A stretch of DNA of 64,000 nt from Candidatus Omnitrophota bacterium (GCA_030593065.1 JAUVHV010000001.1:145965-209964), one strand, 5' to 3'; shown: positions 55,901-64,000, numbered from the stretch's first letter. Notes: generated by a model from the sequence alone, not told the origin. Made by a program: numbers and translations.

Positions 55901-58851
55901 CCCGCGATTTAATTCTTGATTTTGGCCAAGCGATAGACAGCACTGTTCTTGAAAAATATATTTCTGTGATTAAGGAACAAGGGCTTTTAGAGTTTAGCAG
56001 TGTTATTCAAAACGATTCTGATACAATGATTATTGTAAAGCTGGGGGAAAATAAGGTTGATGCCGAGGTAGTTGCCGGGAGGCTAAACAAGGCGCTATCA
56101 GGCAAAATTAGTTTTGCTAAAAAGTTTAAGTGTGTAAAGAGCAGCATTATATGGGAAGAGACTAAGACCTATAAAGAGATAGAGAATTTTGTGAATAGAG
56201 TTGCCCGTATTTCAGACTCATTGGGTATGGGTAGGGTGAATAGGGATAATCTCAGAACTTTGCTGGAAGGAGTTACCTATGTAGAGAGTAAGTACCTTCA
56301 TTGGGAGCGCAGATTTGGCAAGATTAAACCAATAGAGTCATATACAGGCGCGATAGGCGCGACTCAGCTTGTAAAAAGTAAAGCCGTAAAACATATTGCT
56401 GAACTCGTATTTAAGCATAAGGATGGCCTGATAAAATACAGTAGTATTATCTCAGAGCTGAAAAGAGTTTTGGAAGAAAAGAATCCAGAGGAGAATTATC
56501 TGTCCGCTTATTTTGAAGCAGGAGATGACACCGTTCTGCAAAGATACGCCGTAGAGAAATTAAGGAGAAAGATACTTGCTAACCCTTTATTAAAAGGGGT
56601 TAATCTATATTACGCGCTTTCATTATGGTTAATACTGGTTGAAAACAAAAAAATTTCCACTACGTTAAAAATAGATAGAAAGATAATAGAGCAGATAGCC
56701 AATATAGCGCAATCCGACAGCAATGTCATCTCAGGAAAGGGCGCTTATAAACCTAAGAATTTACATGAAGCAGAATGCCGATGCGGGCAGGATCTTTTAA
56801 GGGCAGAGGTTATTTTCAGGATGCTGGGCGAGGAGGTTATCAAAGATATTGCCATAAAGCATAAAACCAACAGCAAAAGATTTGAGGTGTTATTTAACTA
56901 TATGAAGGTAAAGGTATTCAATGATAAATCATATAACCAGAAGGTTGGATATGTATATCTTTTCTATTTGTGGGACAGGGCCCGCAGGCTGCAGTTAAAA
57001 AAAAGAGAGCAAGGTTATGCTTTTACAGAAGAACTGCCTGAGTATTTTGAATTTAATTCTCGTAGTTTTGATGAGAGATTAGCGGCTGCTGCTGCTTATA
57101 ACTCAGGCTGGAGCACAGTTAGCAAGGCGTTAAAGGGTTTTGGCGCAGAGAAAGATAAAGATACAATCCCCCGCTGGATTAAGAATATGATAGGGCCAAA
57201 CCGCCGAAATCCCAGAGAACCGATTAACTATCTGCGGACATATTTAGAATATATACTCCACTACAAGAGTGTTTTAGTTGATAAGGATTACAATTTAATG
57301 TGCGCTTTAATTGAAGAACGTTATAATCGTTTGCGATATGTGGCCACTAAGAAAGGGCCACGCCTTATTGAATATAGTAAAATCATAACTTCAGACGGGC
57401 AAAAACGATATACTGAATCAGAAAGAAGCAAGGATGATTTATTTAATTATAAGCTGGCTTCTTTACTAGCATCATTGCTCGGCAGCGATTATGTGGATAG
57501 CTATATTATCAGTTGGGGGATGCCAGGCTGGGAAGATAATATTTTAAGCTCTACAGCGCCAACCTTTAAATGGCTGGCAAAACGCATGTATAATGAAGAG
57601 AGTGTTTATCGTGAAAAAGGAGAGCAGGTATTGAATTATTTCAGGGATAACAAAAAGCAATATGGTAAATCTTTAGCAGCGTTAGAAAATTCAATAAGTG
57701 CCCTGACAAAGCACAAAGAGCCGTGGATAGTTTTGCAGAAAAAGATTAAAGCAGAAGCTAAAAGACAAAAAATCAGGGGGTATCTGGTTTGGGGCTTCAA
57801 GTACGCGACGCCAGTTTTTTTGGCAGGGCTTATTCCCGCGGCGCTTGGGTACATAATTTACAGGCGTCTCAAGCGTGAAAAAGCTTCTAAAGTGGGAGAA
57901 GCCGTAAAGACGCCTAAGCCGAAAAAAAGACAGGTTATATACAAACCTCCGGCTTTATATAAAAGCAAGACAACAGGAAAAGTGTATCTTGGAAAAGCTT
58001 TTGTTTCAGACAAAGAACAGAAATACACTGTTGAGAAAAGTGAAAAAAAGCACCCTCCCATTATGAAGTCTTCTTCTAGCGGTGAAAACAGAAACGAAAT
58101 TATAACAGAAATGCCTATTATTAAGCAGGCAAGCATATCTGGCCAGCAGCTTTCCGCGCAGGCCCTGGAATTAGAGAAGTTATGTGTCAGCATGTTTAAT
58201 TTTCCTTATGATCTTCAATTTGGCTATAGCCCATATCGCTATGGGATTATAATTGATGAGGCAGTGTTACGGAATGAAGAAAAGCGGATAATTGAATTTT
58301 TGGCATCTCAGAAAACCTCAACCGGCAAGGCTAAATTTATTATTCTTATTAATACAAAAGATGCAAAAGAGAGTATGATTGATAAATGGGGTTTACTGCA
58401 TGAGAATATATTGAGTGTAGATAAATTTTTTAAGCAGAGAGGTGTTGACCAATCATGGTTAGGTTCAGAACAGGCTAAGGTTATACAAGCGGCAAGACTG
58501 CTTAAGAATAGGATAAGCCAGGGCCAGCCTATAGGAATTATCGCGGGGCCGTCTGTGGACATAGAAAAGATGGCGCATAACATGCAAAGGGAGAATGTAA
58601 AAGGAGTATTTATATCCTCACAACAACCGGCTGCCGCGCAAATAGATATAAGTGAAACTTCGATAATTGCTAATTTTATGTTTGAAGCTCTTTTAGCTGA
58701 TATTCTGCTTAAGCTGAAATCCTATAACCCTGCCAAAAAATACACGATACAGGAACTTATTGAGATTCTTCCGCCAATAATAAGCATAGAATTTATGGAG
58801 AAGATAGAACTTCTTAAAGCCGCGACAGAAGCTATCTCTCAGGCTGCTTAA
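49990..58851 (+). CDS. Giant secreted/membrane-associated multidomain protein (2953 aa), function unknown
   Basis: Sec signal peptide. Tandem ~38-aa repeats (aa ~870-1130). Five K-S-S-A-G linker motifs. Internal Tat-like signal (MDRRQFLK...ASAQ) at aa ~1935. TM helix near aa 2600. Confidence 0.6.
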   Translation: MLYLKLIHSKFISIILLLAISVTTSAYGSTNPALFTRKSHAQRYLKKSGNKLPLDFTGKDSSSAINIPRRLGVVVERYNGESGYTVIHIQDSHINPTAQFNIASIIEEIATKYNTSLMCLEGASAELDISFYDKFPDDEAKRRIAGFFVERSLFTGAEFYKILHKAQYLKTIGVEDKKAYLEHLFYHRKNRLSREVVLGSLKELERGLISLKSRVYSKSLKDLSGKSCLYHLKQFKLPEYLNILEKYSKKAKIDISRYENLIKMLALMEKEKELDFQAAATEREALVLYLSELLPAKKLRELSAMSLNFKLNKRSDIEFYTYLEQFLNSQLLQVKDAIRAMRYNHLIAYIDYLKFSKSIDYLMVYDEAERLEEEVSKALCTNSTQQRLVEYTKAVSILLDFYELKLTSGRLDYMDRNQDYFDIQNIIQFLKEACNKYGLPLEDALLVSIDKMFIENTKNFYEIALKRDIAITENTLKSMRCQRKDRAILITGGFHTRGITNILKEKGISYVVICPNIGLMDSERLYLDRLAGRLQDVSELTELFSQTLTAPLVTGDASVAEVSFIAQEAFKMCWNISNNAKKLNTPAHKAEEMVRQINSRSIKIYPYDKKNDAYMLDKGGVLKAIYDSDYPVVVRFMIEGISDYVILGFRVEEDGISALSTHFPDDLQGKRLNSQVFEALGNVIEKGAILRAKISNSMTRKRLFSAFEVVAGSIKKRGAGDNIVVDENLIADAFSKTLMGNLFARAGFSNFKLMLKRNNGSYMRGLEALTNILLASRDGKKTGEFCLEAVKLYSRQPTLPQPQDGEKAEPIKSSSAGKEQAKEDITMERLSEKEREAIADVSDKVLAVYPKFKIHKKELNYFIMLIGPGDFSKAFANNLVAVVNALKTVFRNWDEDKLTALIKHVTQDAFTKAFANNPAAVAHALRIIFADWDKYTIFITHINKDDFSKAFADNPIAVAYVLRTIFANWDKYITFIANFNKDVLSKVLIDNPQAVAYAFRIIFVNEDEDKLTALIKHVTQAAFTKAFADNPRAVAHALTIIFADWDKYTIFITHINKDDFSKAFADNPQAFADILLATFVDWDKYITFITHVTQSAFSKALADNPVAVTNSIAKIFNNWDEYNKLYSQYGRQLNILRDYASETDQQDITDIFIIIKMFDILKLLKDLPKEADRRLLRELLDKKGLEGLYLILKFFYEFNPLFADKHKPSFIRNFLGINFINQEFGFRYGRNYAYISAGENREPVYTITKVFGSIPSAKEEFNGLKLLEEFGKLTKITLNEKSTSITYSTTEPGLFIMPTEFMAYASKQERMKILISLLKESLLQIYSLAHKGYAHTSLTSLSHGIRDDNTPNEWIPYRGGEITDVQEGLKHLNFRPGIGLVDAEHIFYSRELEHLDSSILNKDVAGSVFELLLGLCYGAIVQGFSTDEIVSSFTSIELDIDALPGELQHKQQIFKGSEKHLRRIINDIITDHIPHQRDTNALLPWLEENLPGLLTVTASENRVILPELINVLDYALTKSSSAGKEKVKEEIIIEGLLEKERAQRISGLLGELASINSMQEVLPLKWMETISSFDIIEFFKNIRGIELEAENLLMAKLLWHIVCHTLGIEGRPLKPFYELVILDISEESIAGHSAEFSYYLRLMIEEKMEKEIKVEIEKMLKEKKVKKRESLIEEWDKAVDGLLEEYINNITLLLKDIEVEFKRQDLFKGIEGAMEHFRERFNYVSIKHSSAGRETRGKKNKPVADFTLRITKEMIQAVMDGSEFRSAKNGKDYEIKAAVEEDWLVIWVKEGGQPDELNRDEHSYIELDLKFTENKNKTEILIDRESIKEPDSGILTNILDYIIPYFNEITYVSTNQCPQIIAGAERTIENILRRSGRGFKTVQNNFGGVFYINKPKPFNPHLKKSEKEHLSAIKLSSAGEGGVAHDVHKDGSLSMDRRQFLKQLVGIPAFLTVLGTNKREASAQGNIFEDPRDLILDFGQAIDSTVLEKYISVIKEQGLLEFSSVIQNDSDTMIIVKLGENKVDAEVVAGRLNKALSGKISFAKKFKCVKSSIIWEETKTYKEIENFVNRVARISDSLGMGRVNRDNLRTLLEGVTYVESKYLHWERRFGKIKPIESYTGAIGATQLVKSKAVKHIAELVFKHKDGLIKYSSIISELKRVLEEKNPEENYLSAYFEAGDDTVLQRYAVEKLRRKILANPLLKGVNLYYALSLWLILVENKKISTTLKIDRKIIEQIANIAQSDSNVISGKGAYKPKNLHEAECRCGQDLLRAEVIFRMLGEEVIKDIAIKHKTNSKRFEVLFNYMKVKVFNDKSYNQKVGYVYLFYLWDRARRLQLKKREQGYAFTEELPEYFEFNSRSFDERLAAAAAYNSGWSTVSKALKGFGAEKDKDTIPRWIKNMIGPNRRNPREPINYLRTYLEYILHYKSVLVDKDYNLMCALIEERYNRLRYVATKKGPRLIEYSKIITSDGQKRYTESERSKDDLFNYKLASLLASLLGSDYVDSYIISWGMPGWEDNILSSTAPTFKWLAKRMYNEESVYREKGEQVLNYFRDNKKQYGKSLAALENSISALTKHKEPWIVLQKKIKAEAKRQKIRGYLVWGFKYATPVFLAGLIPAALGYIIYRRLKREKASKVGEAVKTPKPKKRQVIYKPPALYKSKTTGKVYLGKAFVSDKEQKYTVEKSEKKHPPIMKSSSSGENRNEIITEMPIIKQASISGQQLSAQALELEKLCVSMFNFPYDLQFGYSPYRYGIIIDEAVLRNEEKRIIEFLASQKTSTGKAKFIILINTKDAKESMIDKWGLLHENILSVDKFFKQRGVDQSWLGSEQAKVIQAARLLKNRISQGQPIGIIAGPSVDIEKMAHNMQRENVKGVFISSQQPAAAQIDISETSIIANFMFEALLADILLKLKSYNPAKKYTIQELIEILPPIISIEFMEKIELLKAATEAISQAA
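52596..53380 (+). repeat. Coding tandem repeats (~114-117 nt unit, 7 copies) with a 339-nt higher-order duplication
   Basis: Repeating unit (D/A)FSKAFA(D/N)NP.AVA.ALR.IFA.WDKY(T/I)(I/T)FI.H(I/V)(N/T)(K/Q). 52678-52870 and 53017-53209 are near-identical. Mirrored by duplicated antisense ORFs. Confidence 0.8.
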
Positions 58852-59081
58852 TTCCTATATTATTAAAAAAAGAGAATGCTTAGAGGGTGAGTCAAATCAT
58901 CCTTTTTTTAATTTCGGAGATGCCCTACCTCATCCAAACATCCTCACTACAAATATACCTAATAATATCAAGAAGTCAATAGGCATGAAGCAAAAAAATA
59001 ATGCTTGACAGCTTAGTTGTATTTTTGTTATACTTTTTTTAAAAGAGTTTTTAAACCGTGGAATAAAAAGGGGGTATAAAT

Positions 59082-60305
59082 ATGGTAGTTAGGCAAACAT
59101 TATTCAGAGACCAGGTCTTATCAGATCGCGAAAGGAAAAATTTGGCTATTCTGGATGTTATCAGAAAGAGTGGACCGGTTACAAGAACAGAGATATCGAA
59201 GGTTACAAAGCTTAATATTGTGACTGTGTCAAATTATGTAAACAACTATATTGACAAGAACCTGATTATAGAGAAAGGGTTTGATGTCTCAACAGGTGGC
59301 AGAAAGCCTACCCTGGTTGAACTGAATGCTAAGATGGGTAATGTTATAGGTATTGATATCGGCCCTGTTAATATGGTCGCGGTTATTACTGATCTGACAA
59401 ATACAGTTATAGGAAAAACAAAAAGGCTTCGCCCTGACGGACCTATGAGTGAAGTCATAACTAGTTCCATTGAAATGGTTTATGAAATAATGGAGAAATC
59501 AAAGGTTGATAAAAATAAGATAAAGGGTGTTGGCCTCGGTGTTTCCGGTGTGATTGATTCCATAGCAGGAACAGTAAGGGATACAGATCTTACTAGAGGA
59601 AGAACAACAGGAAGCTATACTTCTGTTAAGTCTCTTGTACAGAAGGAGTTTAATATTCCTACGTTTGTGGGTAACGATGCTACTGTGGCAGCATTTGGGG
59701 AAAAGAGATTAGGTTTAGAGCAGGAGATAGATGATATGCTCTATGTCTACTCTGACGTAGGTTGTGGTATCATAATAAAAGGAGAGATATATTGCGGAGC
59801 AGGTGGAAGCGCGGGTGAGATGCAGCTTACAGCAGATAATCCAGAACTGCCTTTGCAGGGTAAAGACCCATCATATTTGCGGCCCTGGGGAGTTGACCTG
59901 GGTATAACTCAGGAAGCGCACCAGATACTTTCAAAAGAGAAGGCCGATTCTAAAATAATGGATCTTGCTGGAGATGACTTGGATAATATTACACCTGATA
60001 TTATTATAGAGGCTGCTAAGGCTAAGGACAAGATAGCTATGGAGATTATTGAACGTGCAGGCGCGAACTTAGGTATTAGAATAGCCTATCTTGTAAATCT
60101 TTTTAATCCAGAAGTAGTGGTAATCGGGGGAGGCATAGAACAGGCAGGAGAACTGCTTCTTGGGCCTGTAAGAAAAACAGTAAGAAATCTTGCTTTTGAA
60201 GAACCGGCAAATACAGTTAAAATAGTGCCTTCAAGACTTGGTGACAGCGCTGTAGCATTAGGCGCGGCAGCGCTTGTTTTGAGAGAGATTTTTGCGCAGA
60301 TCTAA
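59082..60305 (+). CDS. ROK family transcriptional regulator
   Basis: N-terminal winged HTH (ILDVIRKSGPVTRTEISKVTKLNIVTVSNYV). ROK sugar-kinase-like domain with CGAGG and glycine-rich ATPase-fold motifs. Confidence 0.75.
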   Translation: MVVRQTLFRDQVLSDRERKNLAILDVIRKSGPVTRTEISKVTKLNIVTVSNYVNNYIDKNLIIEKGFDVSTGGRKPTLVELNAKMGNVIGIDIGPVNMVAVITDLTNTVIGKTKRLRPDGPMSEVITSSIEMVYEIMEKSKVDKNKIKGVGLGVSGVIDSIAGTVRDTDLTRGRTTGSYTSVKSLVQKEFNIPTFVGNDATVAAFGEKRLGLEQEIDDMLYVYSDVGCGIIIKGEIYCGAGGSAGEMQLTADNPELPLQGKDPSYLRPWGVDLGITQEAHQILSKEKADSKIMDLAGDDLDNITPDIIIEAAKAKDKIAMEIIERAGANLGIRIAYLVNLFNPEVVVIGGGIEQAGELLLGPVRKTVRNLAFEEPANTVKIVPSRLGDSAVALGAAALVLREIFAQI

Positions 60306-60321
60306 TATATAACCGTATCAT

Positions 60322-60368
60322 AGATATGAGGCTAACCGTATCATTATGAATAGCCTCATATTGTTTTG
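60322..60368 (+). terminator. Rho-independent terminator after the ROK gene
   Basis: Stem ATATGAGGCTA / TAGCCTCATAT (11 bp) enclosing an AACCGTATCA motif, followed by TGTTTTGC. Confidence 0.45.
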
Positions 60369-60407
60369 CTAGCCTGAAATATTTCTTTAAATTTACATAA
60401 ATATACA

Positions 60408-60436
60408 TTGACAGTAACCGTATCATTTGTTAAAGT
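60408..60436 (+). promoter_or_regulatory. Promoter TTGACA-17-TAAAGT for the AMIN-TolC gene, overlapped by AACCGTATCA operator-like motifs
   Basis: TTGACA 60408-60413. Spacer contains GTAACCGTATCAT. -10-like TAAAGT 60431-60436 with upstream TGT. Inverted partner ATGATACGGTTAC at 60449-60462. Confidence 0.45.
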
Positions 60437-60496
60437 TAAATTAAGCTTAATGATACGGTTACTTAATTTGTAGGTAGTACTAATATGTAAGGCAAA

Positions 60497-63025
60497 ATGA
60501 AAATGATGCGGTGGGCGTTTTTCTTTATTTTTTTCTCTATATCTGCGCTGTTTATATGCAGTTTTGATACGGTTTTAGCACAACCATATGAAACCGTATC
60601 ACCCTATATATTGGCTGATTTACAATATGAGCAATATCCTGGTTTTTCCCGTATCATGGTTGCATCAAATGAAAAGATAGCTTTTGTCTCTTATGAACTC
60701 CAAAACCCTTATAGGATTGTAATAGATCTTATAGGGGTCTCTTTTTGTGAACTACAGGAGTATATTGAATATGAAGAAGGCCTTGTTAAATCGATTGAGA
60801 TAATAGAGACACCTTATGTAAAACGCTTACCAGGCCTTGATGAGTACTTTTACGCAGTAGACTATATAATTATTACGCCACGCTCTAAGCTTTCCTTTAC
60901 TGTATCATCATCAGAGGATGAAAAGGTAATAGTAGTGGATATTGGTGATCAATCAGAAGATAGTGTAGATACAAAACCGGAAGAAGAAGTAAGCCCTGTT
61001 AAAAAGGATCCTATTGGCCAAGAGCTTACAGCAGTGCCAAAGCCTGAATCATCGGTTATAAAAGAGAATATAATCGGTTATATCAATTTTGAAACTTTAG
61101 ATGACGCTTCTTTGATTATCATTATATCCAATAACGAGGTTGTATATAAAATAGAAAGGAACCATTATCCTGATTTTAATATAGTATTAATACCTCAGGA
61201 TCCGGTATTCACGGATCTGGAAGAGTATGCGGAACTTGATACAGGGTATTTGAAATCCGTAAGGATTGTAAAAGATACCATAGCGCCTAAACCAGAATCG
61301 CTTGATAATTATTATTATCCTATAAAATATATAGTAATAGAGCCGAACGTTGACCTGCCTTTTGATTTTTATTCGAATAATGACGGAACCATATCTATTT
61401 TAGAGATATACTACCCTGATATTGATAAAAGAAAAAAAGAGGCCATAGTTGAGAAAAAAGAAGTTGTAGCTGATGTTGATATGGAAAAAGAGGCGGAATT
61501 GTTTGCGCAGGATGTCAGAATGAGCCTGCTTAAACAATTTAAGGAAGAGATAAAGAAAGAAAGCCTGTTGAGTAAAGAAAAAGTTGCGGAGCTTAAAAAA
61601 GAAGAACTTGAAAAGAGGAGAAAAGAGATAAGCAAAAAGGCAGAGACTATTGGCAGAGAGCTCTTAAAAGACCTTATTATTACAGGAAAGGGCATGTTGA
61701 GCCTCAAGAGATCACAGGATATTGCCATTGAGAACAATCTACAGGCTAAGATCTTAAAGGAAGAGGTAAAGCTTACAATGCTGAAAAAGAGGGATGCATT
61801 CAGGTCCCTATTCCCTAATGTGAAGCTCAAGGCATCACATACGGTCGGAGATGTTATGGAAGATATTGCCTTTACTGAAGAACAGTATGGCGTAGAAGGA
61901 GAACAGGTTCTTTATCAGGGCGGCAGGCTAATGAATGCATACAAACAGAGTAAGGTGAATGTCGCTCTTTCAGAAGCCAGGTGCAAGAAGATAGTGAATG
62001 ACCTGAATTTTAAGGTTGCGGAGGCATATTATAATATTGTGACAGCGGTAATGAATATAAGATTGCAGAAAGAGCTTTTTGAACAGGCAGAGGTAATTGT
62101 TGAATTGGCAGATAAGAGGTATGAGGCGGGTTTAAGTACTAATCTTGAGATACTCAATGTAAAATCGCGTTATAACCAGATACAATTTCAGCTTGCTACG
62201 GCAGAAAGGGATTTGGCATTGGCAAGGTTTAAGCTTAAGCAGGTAATAGGCCTTGATATTAGTGAACAGGATATAGATCTTTCCGAAGTCGATACAGAAC
62301 TTCCATTTAAGATTGTTGATATCAATCTGGATGAGTGTTTAAAAGCAGCGTCAAATAATCAGCCTGATATAGTGGTCAATAAGCTGCTCGTTGAATCTAA
62401 TGACTATGGAGAAAAGATTGCCCAGGGAAAAGAAGGGTTTAGTGTAGATTTGACAGGATTTTATGGCAGAGGGGATTCTTATTATGATACAGAACCAAAA
62501 AATTTGGATAATAACTGGAATGTAGGCCTTAAGGTGAGTAAGCCTTTCTGGTTTGCTACACCGTCGTATTCATTTACAAGAGATAAGACCAGCATGAAAG
62601 TCGGAGATACTGACAGAACAGGTTCAACTGTAAATTCAGGCGAAATAGCTATACTTGATAAGAACGCGCTTGCCGTGAGATCAGAGATTAAAGAGGCAAA
62701 GATTAATAAGCAGAAAGCTGAAAATGAATTGATAGAGACAAGGCGGCAGGCAGCTCTGGAGATAAAAGAGGCGTATTATAATTACCAGGAGTCTATTTTG
62801 CAGGTAAAAAACACCCTGGAAAAGGTGCGTTTTCATAAAGAGGCTACAAAGGTTGCAATGGCACAGGCCTCACTAAATGAAGCGCTCCAGTCACAATTAC
62901 TGGAGGCCATGATACAGCTTGTTGATGAAAAGTCAGTTTACATAAAGGCGCTTTCTGATTACAGCCTTGCGATAGTAAAAATTAATAAAGCAATAGGTAT
63001 CAAAGATTATTTTAATATTGATTAA
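60497..63025 (+). CDS. Outer membrane efflux protein (TolC family) fused to N-terminal tandem AMIN-like domains
   Basis: Signal peptide. Two repeated beta-rich modules (NPYRIVIDLIGV / HYPDFNIVLIPQD), a Glu/Lys-rich linker, and a C-terminal ~430 aa with the OEP/TolC double-repeat pattern. Confidence 0.6.
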   Translation: MKMMRWAFFFIFFSISALFICSFDTVLAQPYETVSPYILADLQYEQYPGFSRIMVASNEKIAFVSYELQNPYRIVIDLIGVSFCELQEYIEYEEGLVKSIEIIETPYVKRLPGLDEYFYAVDYIIITPRSKLSFTVSSSEDEKVIVVDIGDQSEDSVDTKPEEEVSPVKKDPIGQELTAVPKPESSVIKENIIGYINFETLDDASLIIIISNNEVVYKIERNHYPDFNIVLIPQDPVFTDLEEYAELDTGYLKSVRIVKDTIAPKPESLDNYYYPIKYIVIEPNVDLPFDFYSNNDGTISILEIYYPDIDKRKKEAIVEKKEVVADVDMEKEAELFAQDVRMSLLKQFKEEIKKESLLSKEKVAELKKEELEKRRKEISKKAETIGRELLKDLIITGKGMLSLKRSQDIAIENNLQAKILKEEVKLTMLKKRDAFRSLFPNVKLKASHTVGDVMEDIAFTEEQYGVEGEQVLYQGGRLMNAYKQSKVNVALSEARCKKIVNDLNFKVAEAYYNIVTAVMNIRLQKELFEQAEVIVELADKRYEAGLSTNLEILNVKSRYNQIQFQLATAERDLALARFKLKQVIGLDISEQDIDLSEVDTELPFKIVDINLDECLKAASNNQPDIVVNKLLVESNDYGEKIAQGKEGFSVDLTGFYGRGDSYYDTEPKNLDNNWNVGLKVSKPFWFATPSYSFTRDKTSMKVGDTDRTGSTVNSGEIAILDKNALAVRSEIKEAKINKQKAENELIETRRQAALEIKEAYYNYQESILQVKNTLEKVRFHKEATKVAMAQASLNEALQSQLLEAMIQLVDEKSVYIKALSDYSLAIVKINKAIGIKDYFNID

Positions 63026-63051
63026 ATGGTTTAAGAAGAAGGAGTGATGAA

Positions 63052-64000
63052 ATGAGTGCTTTTAGATTCAGGTTCTGGAAAAAGAGATTAAAATTAAAGC
63101 CCGCTGTATTTATACTGCTGATTTTTGTATTCGCGGCAGCGCTTCTTTTTACCCTGGGCCCGAAATATGCGCCTGAGTTTATGGATAAGATAGGCGCTAC
63201 AAGGATTATTGATAAAATACCTTTTTTAAGGCATGAGCCTGAAGAGGAATTTGTAATTCCGGAGGAAGAAGTGGAAGATACGTTTGTAACAGTCAGAACG
63301 TATCGTACTATGAGAGGGGATTTTGTCGATATTTTACCGGGTATGGGTACAATAAAAGGTGACAGAGAAGTAGAACTCAGGTTTTCTGTAAATGGTATAA
63401 TCGACTCTATCAACTTTTTCGAAGGTGATTTATTAAGAAAGGGTGATATTGTCGCAACTCTTGACCAGAAAGACGCGCTATTGAAACTCGAGTATTCGAA
63501 AAGTAAGCATAAGACCCAGGAGATAGCTGTAAAAGGCGCAAAGAAGAAGCTTGAGATACACCAGACGCTTTTCAAAGACGGTATAATAATAAAACCCAAG
63601 TTAGATGAAGTGCAATTTGAATATGAGAGCACCAAATCGCAGACAAAATCGAGCCAGAAAGAGGTAGAGTTTGCCCTGGCAGAGCTGGATAAGACATACC
63701 TCTATTCTCCGATAGACTCTGTAATGGGTACACGGAATGTAGAAGTCGGTGAGTTCATAACCTCTAATGTAAAGATAGCATCTTTGTATGAGACCTCCAC
63801 TGTAATAGCGGAGATAGGCATTATCGAGAAGGATATAAACAGGATTGCGCTTGGACAGAAAACAACAATAACTGTTGATACATATCCCGGCGTGGAATTT
63901 GAGGGGCAGATAGAGAACATAGCGCCTATAATAGAAGGAAAATCAAGGACATTGACCGTTAAGATAAGAATAAAGAATAATAATCCAAGAGGAACGCTCT
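63052..64000 (+). CDS. Efflux transporter periplasmic adaptor (HlyD/membrane-fusion family), 3'-partial at window edge
   Basis: Open + strand frame from ATG 63052 (RBS AAGGAG 63038-63043) to the window end, missing from the ORF track. N-terminal TM, coiled-coil and beta-barrel pattern of MFP adaptors. Confidence 0.6.
   Translation, partial: MSAFRFRFWKKRLKLKPAVFILLIFVFAAALLFTLGPKYAPEFMDKIGATRIIDKIPFLRHEPEEEFVIPEEEVEDTFVTVRTYRTMRGDFVDILPGMGTIKGDREVELRFSVNGIIDSINFFEGDLLRKGDIVATLDQKDALLKLEYSKSKHKTQEIAVKGAKKKLEIHQTLFKDGIIIKPKLDEVQFEYESTKSQTKSSQKEVEFALAELDKTYLYSPIDSVMGTRNVEVGEFITSNVKIASLYETSTVIAEIGIIEKDINRIALGQKTTITVDTYPGVEFEGQIENIAPIIEGKSRTLTVKIRIKNNNPRGTL

Noticed and set aside
56300-57120. Possible lytic transglycosylase (SLT) signature in the giant ORF (ES...GAIGATQL and AYNSGW)
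   Set aside because: The two motifs are about 250 aa apart, far more than in canonical SLT domains. Kept only as a weak hint.
63012-63635. 207-aa minus-strand ORF
   Set aside because: Antisense to an uninterrupted + strand frame encoding an HlyD-like adaptor with RBS.

Overview
Low-GC bacterial chromosomal segment, almost entirely coding on the + strand. The gene content (giant ORF, many sensor kinases, type IV pilus genes, anaerobic Fe-S proteins) suggests an uncultivated anaerobe, possibly Omnitrophota-like, but this is a guess.

Left to right the window contains:
- A PTS-IIA-like protein, then archease, RtcB and seryl-tRNA synthetase (SerRS), followed within about 13 kb by three tRNA-Ser isoacceptors (UGA, CGA, GGA).
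- A Fur-family regulator with two Fur-box-like motifs, directly followed by a nitrogenase-cofactor-like Fe-S cluster: DUF5320 x2, NifX/NifB-type x2, a small unannotated 2x[4Fe-4S] ferredoxin, two MinD/Mrp-type ATPases with ferredoxin inserts, an FAD oxidoreductase, DUF89 and an MBL hydrolase.
- A PabB-PabC fusion flanked by two DUF3108-like paralogues.
- An ~8.2 kb integrative element inserted in tRNA-Ser(GGA), bounded by a 19-bp direct repeat of the tRNA 3' end. It carries a HUH Rep-like protein, a small gene disrupted by a 25-bp tandem duplication, a Zn-finger PD-(D/E)xK nuclease with a C8 homopolymer tract, an HTH controller-like protein, a ParB-N domain protein, a Dam-like MTase, a truncated serine recombinase, an excisionase, a tyrosine integrase and an unknown membrane coiled-coil cargo gene.
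- A dense signalling block of three sensor kinases, four receiver-only regulators and a kinase remnant, interspersed with a B12-radical SAM protein, a DEAD-box helicase, a small radical SAM protein and TrxB.
- A type IV pilus / T2SS-like cluster (PilB, pilins and pseudopilins, PilC, a PilM-PilN fusion, PilO) with a large YfhO-like membrane protein immediately after the major pilin gene.
- tRNA-Glu and a frameshifted GH130-like gene.
- A 2953-aa giant ORF with a Sec signal, tandem ~38-aa repeats, five recurring K-S-S-A-G linker motifs and an internal twin-arginine signal peptide.
- A ROK-family regulator followed by a 7-copy AACCGTATCA motif array around the promoter of an AMIN-TolC-like outer membrane protein gene and a partial HlyD-family adaptor gene.

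No CRISPR arrays and no rRNA genes were seen.
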